From Eledone cirrhosa (taxonomy: Eukaryota), in NCBI GenBank assembly GCA_964016885.1, contig OZ024740.1, forward strand, positions 125,488,001-125,552,000: a stretch of 64,000 nucleotides of DNA, read 5' to 3'. This document shows, piece by piece, positions 27,601-40,249 of this stretch (its first letter is position 1; each line of letters starts with the position of its first letter). Made by a program: the position numbers and the translations under genes. Under the pieces are notes generated by a model, which saw nothing but the letters and a program-made list of their open reading frames with translations, made no database searches and had not been told where the DNA came from.

Positions 27601-28928
27601 AGCCGTCACAATGTTGTCCAACGTGACCATTTAGGTCTCCAGCAATAATTATATAGTCACTGTTGGTTATTTGGGAGGTAGTGAGCATCAGTGTCTCACA
27701 GAATCTGTCTTTTATAGCGCCAGGCAGTCCGGATTGGGGTGCGTACGCAGATATTACTGTCACAGTAGTTCTATTTAGAACAAGTCTTATTTTAATTATT
27801 CTGTCATTCACTCAATTTACGTCTATTATCTTATCCACCCATTTTTCTGCTAATATGATTCCTACCCCACCCAGCCCATTGTCATTTCCCACCCAGAAAA
27901 GCTTATAGCATCGTTTTTTAGCCACAATGAATCTAGCAGACTCGCCCCTCCACCTGGTCTCCTGGATACAGCAAACATCAACCTCCTTACGTTCAAGCAT
28001 TTCTACAACCTCGTTAGAGCGATATTTTAAGGTGCCTACATTCATGGTACCAACTCTGAAGTTTTGGATTGCGTTTGGTGGGTGGGGAGGGGGGTGGTTT
28101 GTTGGCCATCCGTGGCCGAAACAAAGAGGAGGAGTCCTTGCCCTTTCGTCCGGCAGCATGAGGTGAATTTGTCGTTATCTTTGGCATTGTCTCTGAGTGT
28201 CCAGATTCTTCAGACTCTCCAGAATTCCTTACTCTATCCATCATATTGAAAAGCAGGGGGGGGGGGGGGTATGGGGGTAGTTAGCGAGCGAGAAGGTTTT
28301 AAATAAAGCATATAACAGTAACAAGCGATATACTGGGATTTTAAAATACACAAGATTATTTAGAACAGCCAGACAGAATTATAGAATAGCATTGAGAAAG
28401 TAGGATTGGATTCTGGGCGATTATACAGATATATGAATGAATGAATCGAAGGGTGGGGAGACAAGAAGAAAATGGTATTTTTACATTACATTTCGTAGAA
28501 GTGGACTGACCATTAATAAATGTTGACAAATTCTGAGATTCGTACCTCGTAACAGGTTTATTTATATTTGGTGCGAGTAGGGAGTGATCGAGTGAGTGAG
28601 AGAGAGACCAACAGGCACGTATGTGATAAAGAGGGGGGTGACAGATTTAGAGGGACTAGGGAGGCCATTTTTATGAATCCAGGAAAATTTCGGCCAAAAT
28701 TAAGATTAAGCGAAGAGAAGGTTTTAAATAAAGCATATAACAGTAACAAGCGATATACTGGTATTTTAAAATACACAAGATTATTTAGAACAGCCAGACA
28801 GAATTATAGAATAGCATTGAGAAAGTAGGATTGGATACTGGGCGATTATACAGATATATGGTTGAATGAACCGAAGGCTGGGGAGACGAGAAGAAAATGG
28901 TATTTTTACATTACATTTCGTAGAAGTG
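24610..28928 (-). mobile_element. Near full-length RTE LINE copy C (APE + RT, disrupted) with putative repeated 5' UTR
   Basis: APE motifs GTMNVGTL, IQETRW, SAYAPQ and AGDLNGHVG. RT motifs through to the 3' tail. Several stops, frameshifts and deletions. Confidence 0.92.
28287..28928. repeat. Two ~215-bp direct repeats, period ~425 bp, upstream of RTE copy C
   Basis: gagaaggttttaaataaagc...cattacatttcgtagaagtg at ~28289-28503 and ~28715-28928. Confidence 0.9.
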
Positions 28929-29035
28929 TATATATGAATGTATATATATATGTATGTGTATGTATATAGATGTAATCTGAATTTTATAGATGTAATCTGA
29001 ATAGTATGGTAGAATATTAAGTGTTAAATGTTAAT

Positions 29036-29074
29036 TGAACAAGTACTTTCATGCTTTCGCAATCTTCAGGTTCA
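29036..29074 (-). ncRNA. Minimal type I hammerhead ribozyme
   Basis: UGAAC-CUGAAGA-uUGC GAAA GCAu-GAAA-GUAC-UU-GUUCA. Stem I, stem II with GNRA loop and palindromic stem III (AGUACU). Confidence 0.8.
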
Positions 29075-29365
29075 TATTCTGTGGTGACAATCAAGTTTGC
29101 AATTTTCAACTGTAATGAGATGGGTAAATGTTTTGCCTTATATACAGTGAAAAACCGCCACAGAATGCTAAATTTTGCAAACTGTATTTCGACCAATTGG
29201 TGTGTAGTTTCACTGGATTACTGAAGCTGATTGGTTTAGGCATGGTTGATTGGTTGAGCATGTCTAACAACTTCTATTTGGCTCTATCCAAAGCATCAAT
29301 TGTTTTGCTATTTTTAGAAATGATGTAAATAGCAATATCTAGGGTTTGTATACCCCTCAGAATTA

Positions 29366-29653
29366 TTATTGTTCATTTAGCTTGGATTGGAATTTATCAA
29401 TAAAATTCTTTTCTTTGATTTTTCTCTTGATTTCACTTGGCCTGTGTAATTTGTAGAATGGAAATATAAATATTTTCTGACCACATGTTGCTAGATGGTT
29501 ACTCAGGGGTATCTGACGGACATTTGGGTCTCTGATTTGCTGTCGGTGCACCCGTGCACGTTCCGATAGTGCATTTCCAGTTTGACCGACATATAGTTCT
29601 TCACAATTCGGGCATTTAATGCAGTAAATTAGATTTCTGCTTTTGCACTTCAT
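29366..29653 (-). CDS. GIY-YIG endonuclease C-terminal domain of a Penelope-like element (partial)
   Basis: NLIYCIKCPNC..YVGQT..R..H..E..I..LN pattern. Confidence 0.9.
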   Translation of the reverse strand: MKCKSRNLIYCIKCPNCEELYVGQTGNALSERARVHRQQIRDPNVRQIPLSNHLATCGQKIFIFPFYKLHRPSEIKRKIKEKNFIDKFQSKLNEQ

Positions 29654-29993
29654 ATTTGCATTTGGGAATATTTTTCAAATTCCAACCCAAGCTAAATGAA
29701 CAATAATAATTCTTCGGGGTATAAAAACCCTTAGAAAATGCTACTTTCATCATTTCTAAAAATAGCAAAACAATTGATGCTTTGAATAGGGCCAAATAGA
29801 AGTCGTTAGACATGCCCAACCGTGATGCCTAAACCAATCAGCTTCAGTAATCCAGTGAAACTACACACTAATTGGTCGAAATACAGTTTGCAAGATTTAG
29901 CATTCTGTAGCCGCTTTTCACTGTATACAAGGCACAAAATTTACCCATCTCATTACAGTTGAAAATTGTAAACTTGACTGTCACCACAGAATA

Positions 29994-30032
29994 TGAACCT
30001 GAAGATTGCGAAAGCATGAAATTATTTGTTCA
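29994..30032 (+). ncRNA. Degenerate second hammerhead copy
   Basis: Same motif, but stem III AGTACT has changed to ATTATT. Confidence 0.55.
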
Positions 30033-30371
30033 ATTAACACTTAATATTCTACCATGCTATTTCATTCTAATACCATTATAATTTTAAAGGATTGTAAATA
30101 AAACGAGTAAATCAGACAGTTGAAATTCCTTTTATTAATATAATCTTCTATACACAATCATACACACCCGTGTATATTTATTAATATATATATATATATA
30201 GCTTTTAAGCTATTTTGTAGTATCTCTTATATTAAATTTATCTCCCTGGAGCTTTGTAAAAGTCTGAGAGATTGGCTACATATATGTTTTATATATTATT
30301 TTTTTTTTTTTAGATGGAAGACAAAACAAAGAAGATGAATACAAAGATGAAGAAGATAAAGATGAAGAACC

Positions 30372-30800
30372 TCACTGCTACTCACTGCATCCCACACCAC
30401 ACTGCACCACACCGCACTGCACCACACCACATCGCAGTGCACCGCACCACATCACACCACACTTCACCACACCACATAAAAACACAACACAACACACCAC
30501 TCCTCAATACAACACAACACACCACTCCTCAATACAACACAACACACCACTCCTCACTACAACACACCACACTACTCCATATAAAAACACACCACACTAC
30601 TCCACACCACATAACACCACAACACACCACACCTCACCTCACTACATCACACCACATAAAAACACACCTCACTACATCACACCACATAAAAACACCCCAC
30701 ACTACTCCACACCACATAACACCACAACACACCACACCACACCTCACCTCACTACATCACACCACATAAAAACACACCACACTACTCCACACCACATAAC
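30372..30800. repeat. (CACCA)n-like pentamer array
   Basis: Direct inspection. Related tracts at 31945-32205, 34350-34580 and 38830-39065. Confidence 0.9.
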
Positions 30801-30805
30801 ACCCA

Positions 30806-31950
30806 AAATGTTTTCCTCGTATGTTTTTCATGTGTTATCAACTAATCCGAACTCCAAGATGTTTGTTATTGACTCTCTCTTCATGGAAAACTTAGGTGGA
30901 TGCACTGCTCTCATTTAACCCCAGAGTTTTCTCTAAGATTTTTCGTATGTTATCAACAAATATGACCTCCAAACCAGTTGGAAATGATTAGTTGTTCTAG
31001 GAAAAAGGAGGGGTAAAGCAGGTGGAAAAACCATTGTCGTTTTGTAGATATATACCCTAATGATTTTTCTTCGGTCTCCTTTTGAGTGCTATCAACTAAT
31101 CTGACCTTTTAGTTGCTCTGAATCAATTTTTTTTTTCTGGGATTTGGAAACTAAAACTAAATTAAACATAAAATTAAATCTAGCCCCAACCCTAAACTCT
31201 AAATATAAACCAAACCAAGCTAAATCTAAATATAAACATTACCCCAACCCTTAAACTAAATCCTAAACTATACTCCAACCATAAAACAAAACCCTAAACA
31301 TTACCCCAACCCTAAAACTAGACCCTAAACATTACCCCAAACCTAAAACTAAACCCTAAACTTTACCCCAACCCTAAAACTAGACCCTAAACATTACCCC
31401 AAACCTAAAACTAAACCCTAAACTTTACCCCAAACCTAAAACTAAACCCTAAACTTACCCCAACCCTAAAACTAGACCCTAAACATTACCCCAACCCTAA
31501 AACTAAACCCTAAACATTACCCTAAACCTAACCCAGGGAAATAAGTTGGTTGGAAGCATCTAGGAGGTCAGATTAATTAATAGCACAAGAAATAGCACAG
31601 GAAATAGCACAGGAAATAGCATAGGAAATAGCATAGGAAATTAATAGCATAGGAAATATACCGAAAATGATTAAGTCCCACAACATGTGAGTGGGGTGTA
31701 GATCTGCAAAACTCTTCCCCTCTCCCTCCTCTTTCTCCAAAGCTAGTTGTTTTTGACTGGTTTGGAAGTCATATTCACTAATAATGCATGAAAATAGAAT
31801 CAAAGAGAAAATTCTGAGTAAGCAGGGGTTATCCGGGTGAAGGGGGAACCACCTCACCCCGCCGTTTTCCTGGGGGGAGAAAGTCAGTTTCAAGCATCTT
31901 GGAGATTGGATTAGTTGATAGCACATGAAAAATAGGATGAAAAAATTTCA
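30806..31950. mobile_element. Putative fold-back element with repeated subterminal motifs and a central telomere-like array
   Basis: ttttcatgtgttatcaactaatccgaactccaagatg-type motif three times on the left, and its reverse complement three times on the right. Confidence 0.5.
31150..31535. repeat. ~29-bp minisatellite built from CCCTAA-like units
   Basis: Repeated ccctaaacattaccccaaccctaaaacta(g/a)a. Confidence 0.88.
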
Positions 31951-32638
31951 CATCACACCATATCTCACCACATCACGTCTCGTCTCGCCTCGCCTCGCCT
32001 CATTTCACCACGCCACATTTCATCACATCACATCACATTTCACCACGCCACGCCACATCACATGCCATCACACCATATGCTACCACACTACATCCCACCG
32101 CACTCCACTACACAATATCATCCACCCTACATTGAACCACACTCCACTACACCACACCACTGTCCACTACACTAAACCACACTCCACTAGACTACACCAC
32201 ACCACTGTCTATTCGACTGTTTTCTATTTCAGAGGTATGTCCAGTTACAGTAAGAGAAAGTTATTTCAAAGGATCTGAGTAAGTAAACACTTCATTGACC
32301 ATCATTTTAAGCAGAATCTCAGTGTAGTTTTAAATTGACCTTTTCGTATGATTACACCTCAGTCTTAACTTAATCACCTGTAGATGGATGCTACATGTAA
32401 TGTTAAAATTAGTTAAACACTGTTTCCCCCTTCTCATCACATGTGGATGCTACATGTGTATTAACATTAATCTAACGTTGTCTTCCCCCTCCCTGCCTCA
32501 CCACATCACACGATGTTGTACCACACCAGACCACATAACACCATGCTATACCATATATATATATGAGTTCCCACTCGTTATATTAACTGTATCTCCTCGG
32601 TGTTTCGTGAAAGTCTGAGAGATCAGCTATATATTTGT

Positions 32639-33665
32639 GTGGGCCCCGTTTGTGAGACGAACCTTTCCCAGACTCGTCTCACTCACCAAGCTGCAATCTT
32701 GGGTCAAGCAAAGACCGAGAAAACTGGGCGCCTGGCACACTGAGTGTGCCCAGGCGCTCACGGCCCTCTGGCAGGTGGACCCGGTTATCAGTGGAGACTC
32801 CACCGAGACATTCTATAGAGGGCTGGTACGCAGCAGGTGCGACGACGCCCTCGGAGAAGCCCTAGACATGGAGGAAGACGAACTGGCCAGCCTGTTCAGT
32901 AGGACATTCAGCCCGGGACCTATGGACAACTGCCAGAAGTCCCTGGCTACCGAGGGGATCTACCTGTTCGAGAAAAGCTCTACAGACACGGGCGCCTGGG
33001 TAGGGACTCCGCCAAAAAGATCTGTCCCAGATGCGTGCGCGACGAGGAAACCGTTGCACACATATTGGTACACTGCTCGGGCGTAGCCGATCTGTGGGGC
33101 TATGTCGAACGACTGCTATCAAGGGTGGGACCAATCCGGTTGACAACCGAGGCCATTGTAACGATTAAGCCGCCTCCCCCCTTCAAAAATGAAGGAGAGG
33201 CGGTGTTTCTGTGCGTAATAGCCATGGTGAAAGAGGTTGTATGGTGGACGCATCTGAAAGGACTCATGTCAGGCACCTTTCTCTCTGGCCAACAACTGAT
33301 CCGTTTCTTCCGATATCATTTCGGAAGAAGGATCAGGATGGAGAGAGATGCTCAACCCCAGTCGTTTTTATGAAAGGTGGGTGAAAGTGGCGAGAATGGC
33401 CCGTGTGAATGGGCCTTCTCTCTATATCAGCCTGTAGGTGGAAAAAAGGAAGGAACGAGGGAGCACCCTCTCTGTGTGCTTCTGAGGAGAAGGGGTTGCA
33501 CACTTTTTTCGGGGGTGTGTGCGACCCCCCAAACGCCCCTTCCCTATTGAGGACTTTATTGTTAATTTTATATTTGTTATTTGTTTTCTTTACTCGCCTT
33601 TTTGTGTAAACTCCCCCCTTGTATTTGTCCCCTTCTTTTGCGCCCTAGTGGCAATAAATAGAAAT
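32639..33665 (+). mobile_element. 5'-truncated L1/Tx1-clade LINE with 12-bp TSD
   Basis: CPRC-x8-H-x4-C knuckle (CPRCVRDEETVAHILVHC), AATAAA near the 3' end, TSD ctatatatttgt at 32627-32638 and 33666-33677. Confidence 0.88.
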
Positions 33666-34122
33666 CTATATATTTGTTTACAATTTTTTTTTATATTTAG
33701 ATGGAAAAGAAGAAAAAGACGACGAAGCAGATGACTAAAATGAAAATGACAACAAAGACAAAGAAGACACGGGAAACGAAGATGACGAAAAGAAGAAGAA
33801 AGTATGATCTCAGTTCAGTCTAAACCTAATGATTTATAGATATGATCTTAGTTCAGCCTTAACCTAATGACCTGTAGATACAATCTATTTAGGTTTAACT
33901 TAAACATTCAAAGATATTTGTATATACTTTTGTTGATGTTTGACATTGTTTTTTAGTTATGAAATAGCTTATAAGCTACATTATAGGATCACAGTGCATG
34001 AGCACACTGCTCTTTAAATTAACTTTATCTCCTCAGCACTTTGTAAAGTCTGAGAGATAGGCAACATATATGTTTTACATTCTTTGTTTTTTGGTATTTA
34101 GATGGCAGAGGAGAAGATAAAG

Positions 34123-34270
34123 GCACAGAAGAAGTCAAAAGCACAGAAGTCAAAAGCACAGAAGTCAAAAGCACAGAAGTCAAAAGCACAGAAGTCAAAA
34201 GCACAGAAGTCAAAAGCACAGAAGTCAAAAGCACAGAAGTCAAAGGCACAGAAGTCAAAGGCACAGAAGA
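34123..34270. repeat. 15-bp minisatellite (gcacagaagtcaaaa)n
   Basis: Eight full units plus partial ones. Confidence 0.95.
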
Positions 34271-34649
34271 AGACAAAGAAAATGAACAAGAAGAACAATT
34301 ATTATTACTATTATTATTGTTATTATTATTTGTATTATTATTATCAAACTAAGCCACACTACATCAACCTATACCATACCATGCCACACCACACTGACAA
34401 ACATTATACCATACCACATTGACAAACATTATACCATACCACATTATCCAACACCACACTACGAAACACTGTACGACCTCACATCAGACCATGCTATGAA
34501 GCAATATACCATACTACACTATACAACAATAGACACAAGACTATGAAACACTATACTTTACCACACTATATCACACCACTCAAGTTAGAGAGGATCAACT
34601 TTTTTCCTGGAAAGTAGAAAACCTAACTTTAAGCTAAAACGGAACTTTA

Positions 34650-37600
34650 AAAATAACTTACCCTAACACTTGCACTCACACATGCTCTAACACTTGCACT
34701 CACACATGCTCTAACAGTGAACTTAGCGCTAACATGAAAACTAACACAAACACAAAATCTTAAAACTAACATTAAATAGAAAACTAACACAAACACTAAC
34801 CTGAACACTAACACTAAAACTGACACTAACACTAACCTGAACATCAGCACTAAAACTAACACTACCGTAAACACTAACACTAACCTGAACATCAGCACTA
34901 AAACTAACACTACCGTAAACACTAACACTAACCTGAACACTTACACTAAAACTAACATTAGCCTGAACACTAGCACTAAAACTAACACAACCATAAACAC
35001 TAACACTGACCTGAGCACTAACACTAAAAGTAACACTAACACAAATACTAATCTCAAAACTGATACTAACCAGAAAACTAAGCTAACATTAACTTCAACA
35101 CTAAAACAAACACTAACGCTAACAGAGATACTAACACAAATATTAACACAAAAACAAACACTAACACAATCTCTAACACTAACCTCAACACTTACACTAA
35201 AACTAACATTAACTTGAACACTAACTCTAACCTGAAAACTAAGCTAACATTAACCTGAACACTAACATAAACACTAATGCTAACACTAACAGAAATACTA
35301 ATGCTAACATTAACGCTAACCTTAACACAAAAACAAAGACTAACGCTAACACAATCACTAACACTAATGGAAATAAAAACAAATACTAACACTAAAACTA
35401 ACACTAACATTAACTTTAACACTAACCTGAACACTTACACTAAAACTAACAGAGATACTAACACAAATATTAACACTAACACAATCTCTAACACTAACCT
35501 CAACACTAACACTAAAACTAACATTAACTTGAACACTAACTCTAACCTGAAAACTAAGCTAACATAAACACTAATGCTAACACTAACAGAAATACTAATG
35601 CTAACATTAACGCTAACCTTAACACAAAAACAAAGACTAATGCTAACACTAACAGAAATACTAATGCTAACATTAACGCTAACCTTAACACAAAAACAAA
35701 GACTAATGCTAACACAATCACTAACACTAATGGAAACAAAAACAAATACTAACACTAAAACTAACATTAACTTAAACACTAACACTAACCTGAACACTTA
35801 CACTAAAACTAACACTAACAGAGATACTAACACAAATATTAACACAAAAACAAACACTAACACAATCTCTAACACTAAAGCTAACATTAACTTGAATGCT
35901 AACACTAACCTGAAAACTAAGCTAACATTAACGCTAACACTAACACAAACATTCATAACAGAAATACTAATGCTAACATTAACGTTAACCTTAATGCTAG
36001 CCTTAACACTGAAAACTAAGCTAACATTAACCTGAACACTAACTAAGCTAACCTGAACACTAACTAAGCTAACCTGAACACAAAACTAAGCTAACATTAA
36101 CCTGAACACTAACACAAACACTCATAACAGAAATACTAATGCTAACATTAACGCTAACCTTAAAACAAAGACTAACGCTAACACAATCACTAACACTAAT
36201 GGAAACATCAAACACTAATGCTAACAGAGATACTAACACAAAAACAAACACTAACACAATATCTAACACTAACCTTAACACTAAAACTAACATTAACCTA
36301 AACACTAGCACTAAAACTAACACTACCATAAAGAGTAACACAAACACTAACACTGATCTGAGCACTAACACTACCATAAAAATTAACACTAAAAAAACAC
36401 TAACACTAACACTAACCTGAACACTAACACTAAAACTGATACTAACCAGAAAACTAAGCTAACATTAACCTCAACACTAAAACAAACATTAACAGAAAAA
36501 CAAAGACTAGCACTAACACTAATGGAAACATTAACACAAAATAAAACACTAACACTAATGGAAAAAATAACACTAACACTACCGTAAACACTAAAACTGA
36601 CATTAACACGAACATTAACCTGAACACTAACACTACCATAAACCACTAACCTGAGCACTAACACTAAAAGTAACACGAGCCCTAACCTGAAAACTAACAC
36701 TAACCAGAAAACTAAGTCGACATTAACCTGAACACTAACACAAACACTAACACTAACCTGAACACTAACACTAACAAAAATGCTAACACTAATACAAAAT
36801 CAAACACAAACACGAACACTAATGGAAACACTAACGCTGACACTGACGAAGATGGCTATGCTGGCACAAACGCTAGCGCAAATGTTGACACAATCACTTA
36901 CGCTGACACACACTAACGTGAAAACTGATGCGAGTGCAAAGGCGAATGCTGACAAAGACTCTGACGCACACGCTGATGTAAATGCTACACACTCTAACGC
37001 TGACGTGGACACTGACACAAATGCTCACGCTGATGCAAACACTAAAGCAAATGCAGACACTAATGCAAACACAGACGCAAATGTTGATGCAGATGTTAAA
37101 GCAAACGCAAATGCTGATGCAAACGATGACAGCGATGCTAATGTGAACCTTAACGCAGACATAAACATTGACGTAGAAGCTAAAGGAAACACTGATGCAA
37201 ACACTAATGAAAATGCTGACGCAGACGCTAACACACGTTAACACAGATGCTAACGTAAACACTGACGCAGATGCTAATATAAACACTGATGCAGACGCTA
37301 ACATAAACGCTGACACAGATGCTGACACACATTGACACAGACGCTAATGTAAACGATGACGCAGACGCTAATGTAAACGATGACGTATACGCTAACGTAA
37401 ACGCTGACACAGACACAAATGTAAACGCTGACGCTGATGTAGATGTAAATACAGACGCTGACGTAGAAGCTAACACAAACGCTGACACAGACACTAATGT
37501 AGATGCTGACGTAGAAGCTAATGTAGATGCTGACGTAGAAGCTAACGTAAACGATGACGTAGATGTTAACGTAGACGCTGACGTAAACGATGATGTAGAA

Positions 37601-38740
37601 GCTAACGTAAATGCTGACGTAGAAGCTAACAAAACGCTGACGTAGTTGTTACGTAGAAGCAGGCGTAGAAGTTAGCGTTTACCCTTACCGCCGAAGCTGA
37701 TCTCCAAAACGCAATTGCTGATGGGGATTGCTGAAGCCAAAGCCAAGCTAACGCTGATGCAAATGTTGAGGCAGTATTGCCGGCGCTGACGTGTATGCTG
37801 ACGCTAACGCAAATGCTGATGCGGACGCTAGGGCTAACGCTAACGCTGACGCAAATGCTGAAGTTAACGCTTACATGGGATATGCAGACGCTGCATTGAT
37901 GCGGACGCCACAGGAAAGGTTAATGGAAACGCTAATGCTAACGGAAAACGCTGACGCAGACGTTACGGAAACGCTGACGTAGAAGCTAACGTGAATGCTG
38001 ACACAGACACTAACGTAAACGCTGACACAGACGCTAACGTAAACACTGACGTGAACTGAAACGCTGACGCTGATGTAGATGTAAATACTGACGCTGACAC
38101 AGACGCGGTCGGAAACGCTGACATAGATGCTAACGGAAACGCTGACGTAGAAGCTAGCGTACACACTGACACAGACGCTAACGGAAATGCTGACAAAGAC
38201 GTTAAAGGAAACGCTGTCGCTAACGCCAATGTGAATGCTGGTGCAGATGCTGACGCAAATGCTAACCCCTACACAAATGAAAACGCTGATGCTAACACTG
38301 ACTCAAACACTAATGCAAATGCTGACGTGCACGCTGACACTGAGGGAAATGCTGACACTGACACAAGTGCTGACGCGGACGCTAATGATAATGCTGACTC
38401 AGAAGCTGACGTAGATGCAGGCACTGAAACAAACACTAATGCTAACACTAATGTTGACTCAGACGCTAAGGGAAATGCTGACACAATCACTATCACCAAT
38501 GCAGATGCTGACACTTACGCAAACACTAAGGCTAATCCAAACACTAACGCAGATGCTAACACCAGTCTACATAGACACTAACACAAGAGCTTACATAGAT
38601 GCTTATGCAAATGCTAACGCTGATGCAGACAGTAACGCAAACAGTAACAGTGACAGTAATGTTAACAGTAACACAGTCACTAACAATAAACTTACCATTA
38701 ACAGTAAACTTACACTAACCCTAAATCTAACATTAACCCA
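34650..38740. repeat. 4-kb degenerate hexamer array (ACTAAC grading into GCTGAC/GCTAAC)
   Basis: Strong 6-bp periodicity and strand skew, with internal block duplications. Confidence 0.9.
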
Positions 38741-38899
38741 GAGAAAAAAGTCATTTGCAATCACATTTAAGGTCACTCTTTAAGATATAGAAGATAGGCA
38801 TTACATTTTAATGATTTTAATTTAAAGAGAATCACACTATACAATGCAACACAATAACACACCACACCACACTAAACTACACTACACCAAACCAGATTA

Positions 38900-40218
38900 T
38901 ACCATACCTTGGTAAATTTATGTTAGGTTTCCATGTTATAACTCCACCAAACTAAACCATACCAAACTACACCAAACCAAACCAAACCAAACCAAACCAC
39001 ACCATAACAAACTACACCAAACCAAACCACACCAAACCAAACCACACCATAACAAACTACACCATGCTATTAATCTCAGTGAGAACATTTTTCTTCCTGT
39101 TTTTTTTTTCTGTGTGTGTGTGTGTGTGTGCTTACCACCCATTCTGATATCAAAGGTGCTCACAAATGACTATTTTTTTACACATTATCAATGTATATAA
39201 CATGGAAACCTATCATTTGCAATAGGTTCCCATGTCATAACTACAACAATCCAAACTACACCATTCAACATCACACCATCCTTTTGATCTCAGTATGAAA
39301 ACATTTTCTTCCTGTTTCTTTTTTTTTTTTTTTGTGTGTGTTCTTACCACCCAATCTGACATCAAAGGTGCTGCAATTGACTATTTTTCGCACATATTAT
39401 CAATAATTATGACATGGAAAATTGTCGAAAATGACTAACTTTGTAGAAAAAAGAGGGAGGATGTGGGTGGAAATACCATTTACAAAGATAGTCATTTTTT
39501 ATTGCAGCGGAAGTCATATTTTTTCTTAATATGCTAAAACCATAGTCCACTGCGAGGATCTTGGAAGTTGTATTAGTTGATAGCACATGCAAAAGTGAAG
39601 GAAAACATTTTTTTCTTACATAAATCAAAGTGGAAATTTAGTTACTTACTTATAACAAAGCACACCACACCACATTAATCTACCCCAAACTACACCATAT
39701 CAAACAGCACCATATTATGGTAAATTTATTACAGAACACGTCCATCTACCATTTACATCACACCATGGTATGGAGATCAATGTGACAAATTTGCTATATG
39801 CTTTTTTTTTTTTTCGTGGTTACCACACAAACTAACATCAAAGGTTCTTGCAAATGACTATTTTCCCACACATTATCAATGAGTATGACATAGGAATCTA
39901 TCGTTTCCAATTGGTTTCCATTTCATAACTTCACCAAACCAAACCACTCCATACCAAGTTACACCATACTACATCGCACCAAGCTATTGATCTTGGTGTG
40001 CAACATTTTCTTCCCGTTTTCCTTTTTTTTGTGTGTGTGTGCGCTTACCACCCAATCTGACATTAAAGGTGCTCCCAATTGACTATTTTTTTTTCCACTT
40101 ATCAGTAATTATGACATGGAAACCTGTCAAAAATGACTATCTTTGTAGAAACTTCACCAAACCACACCATGCTACATCACACCAAACTATTGATTTTGGT
40201 GTGACACATTTTCATCTG

Positions 40219-40249
<31 letters not shown>

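Larger units (their letters stand above)
29003..30060 (-). mobile_element. Penelope-like element: 3' fragment with inverted pseudo-LTR
   Basis: GIY-YIG ORF between ~390-bp inverted arms (29003-29397 and ~29676-30060). Each arm carries a hammerhead motif. Confidence 0.92.

Noticed and set aside
31150-31535. True telomere or fusion site
   Set aside because: No pure (TTAGGG)n and no head-to-head inversion; it is a 29-bp minisatellite.
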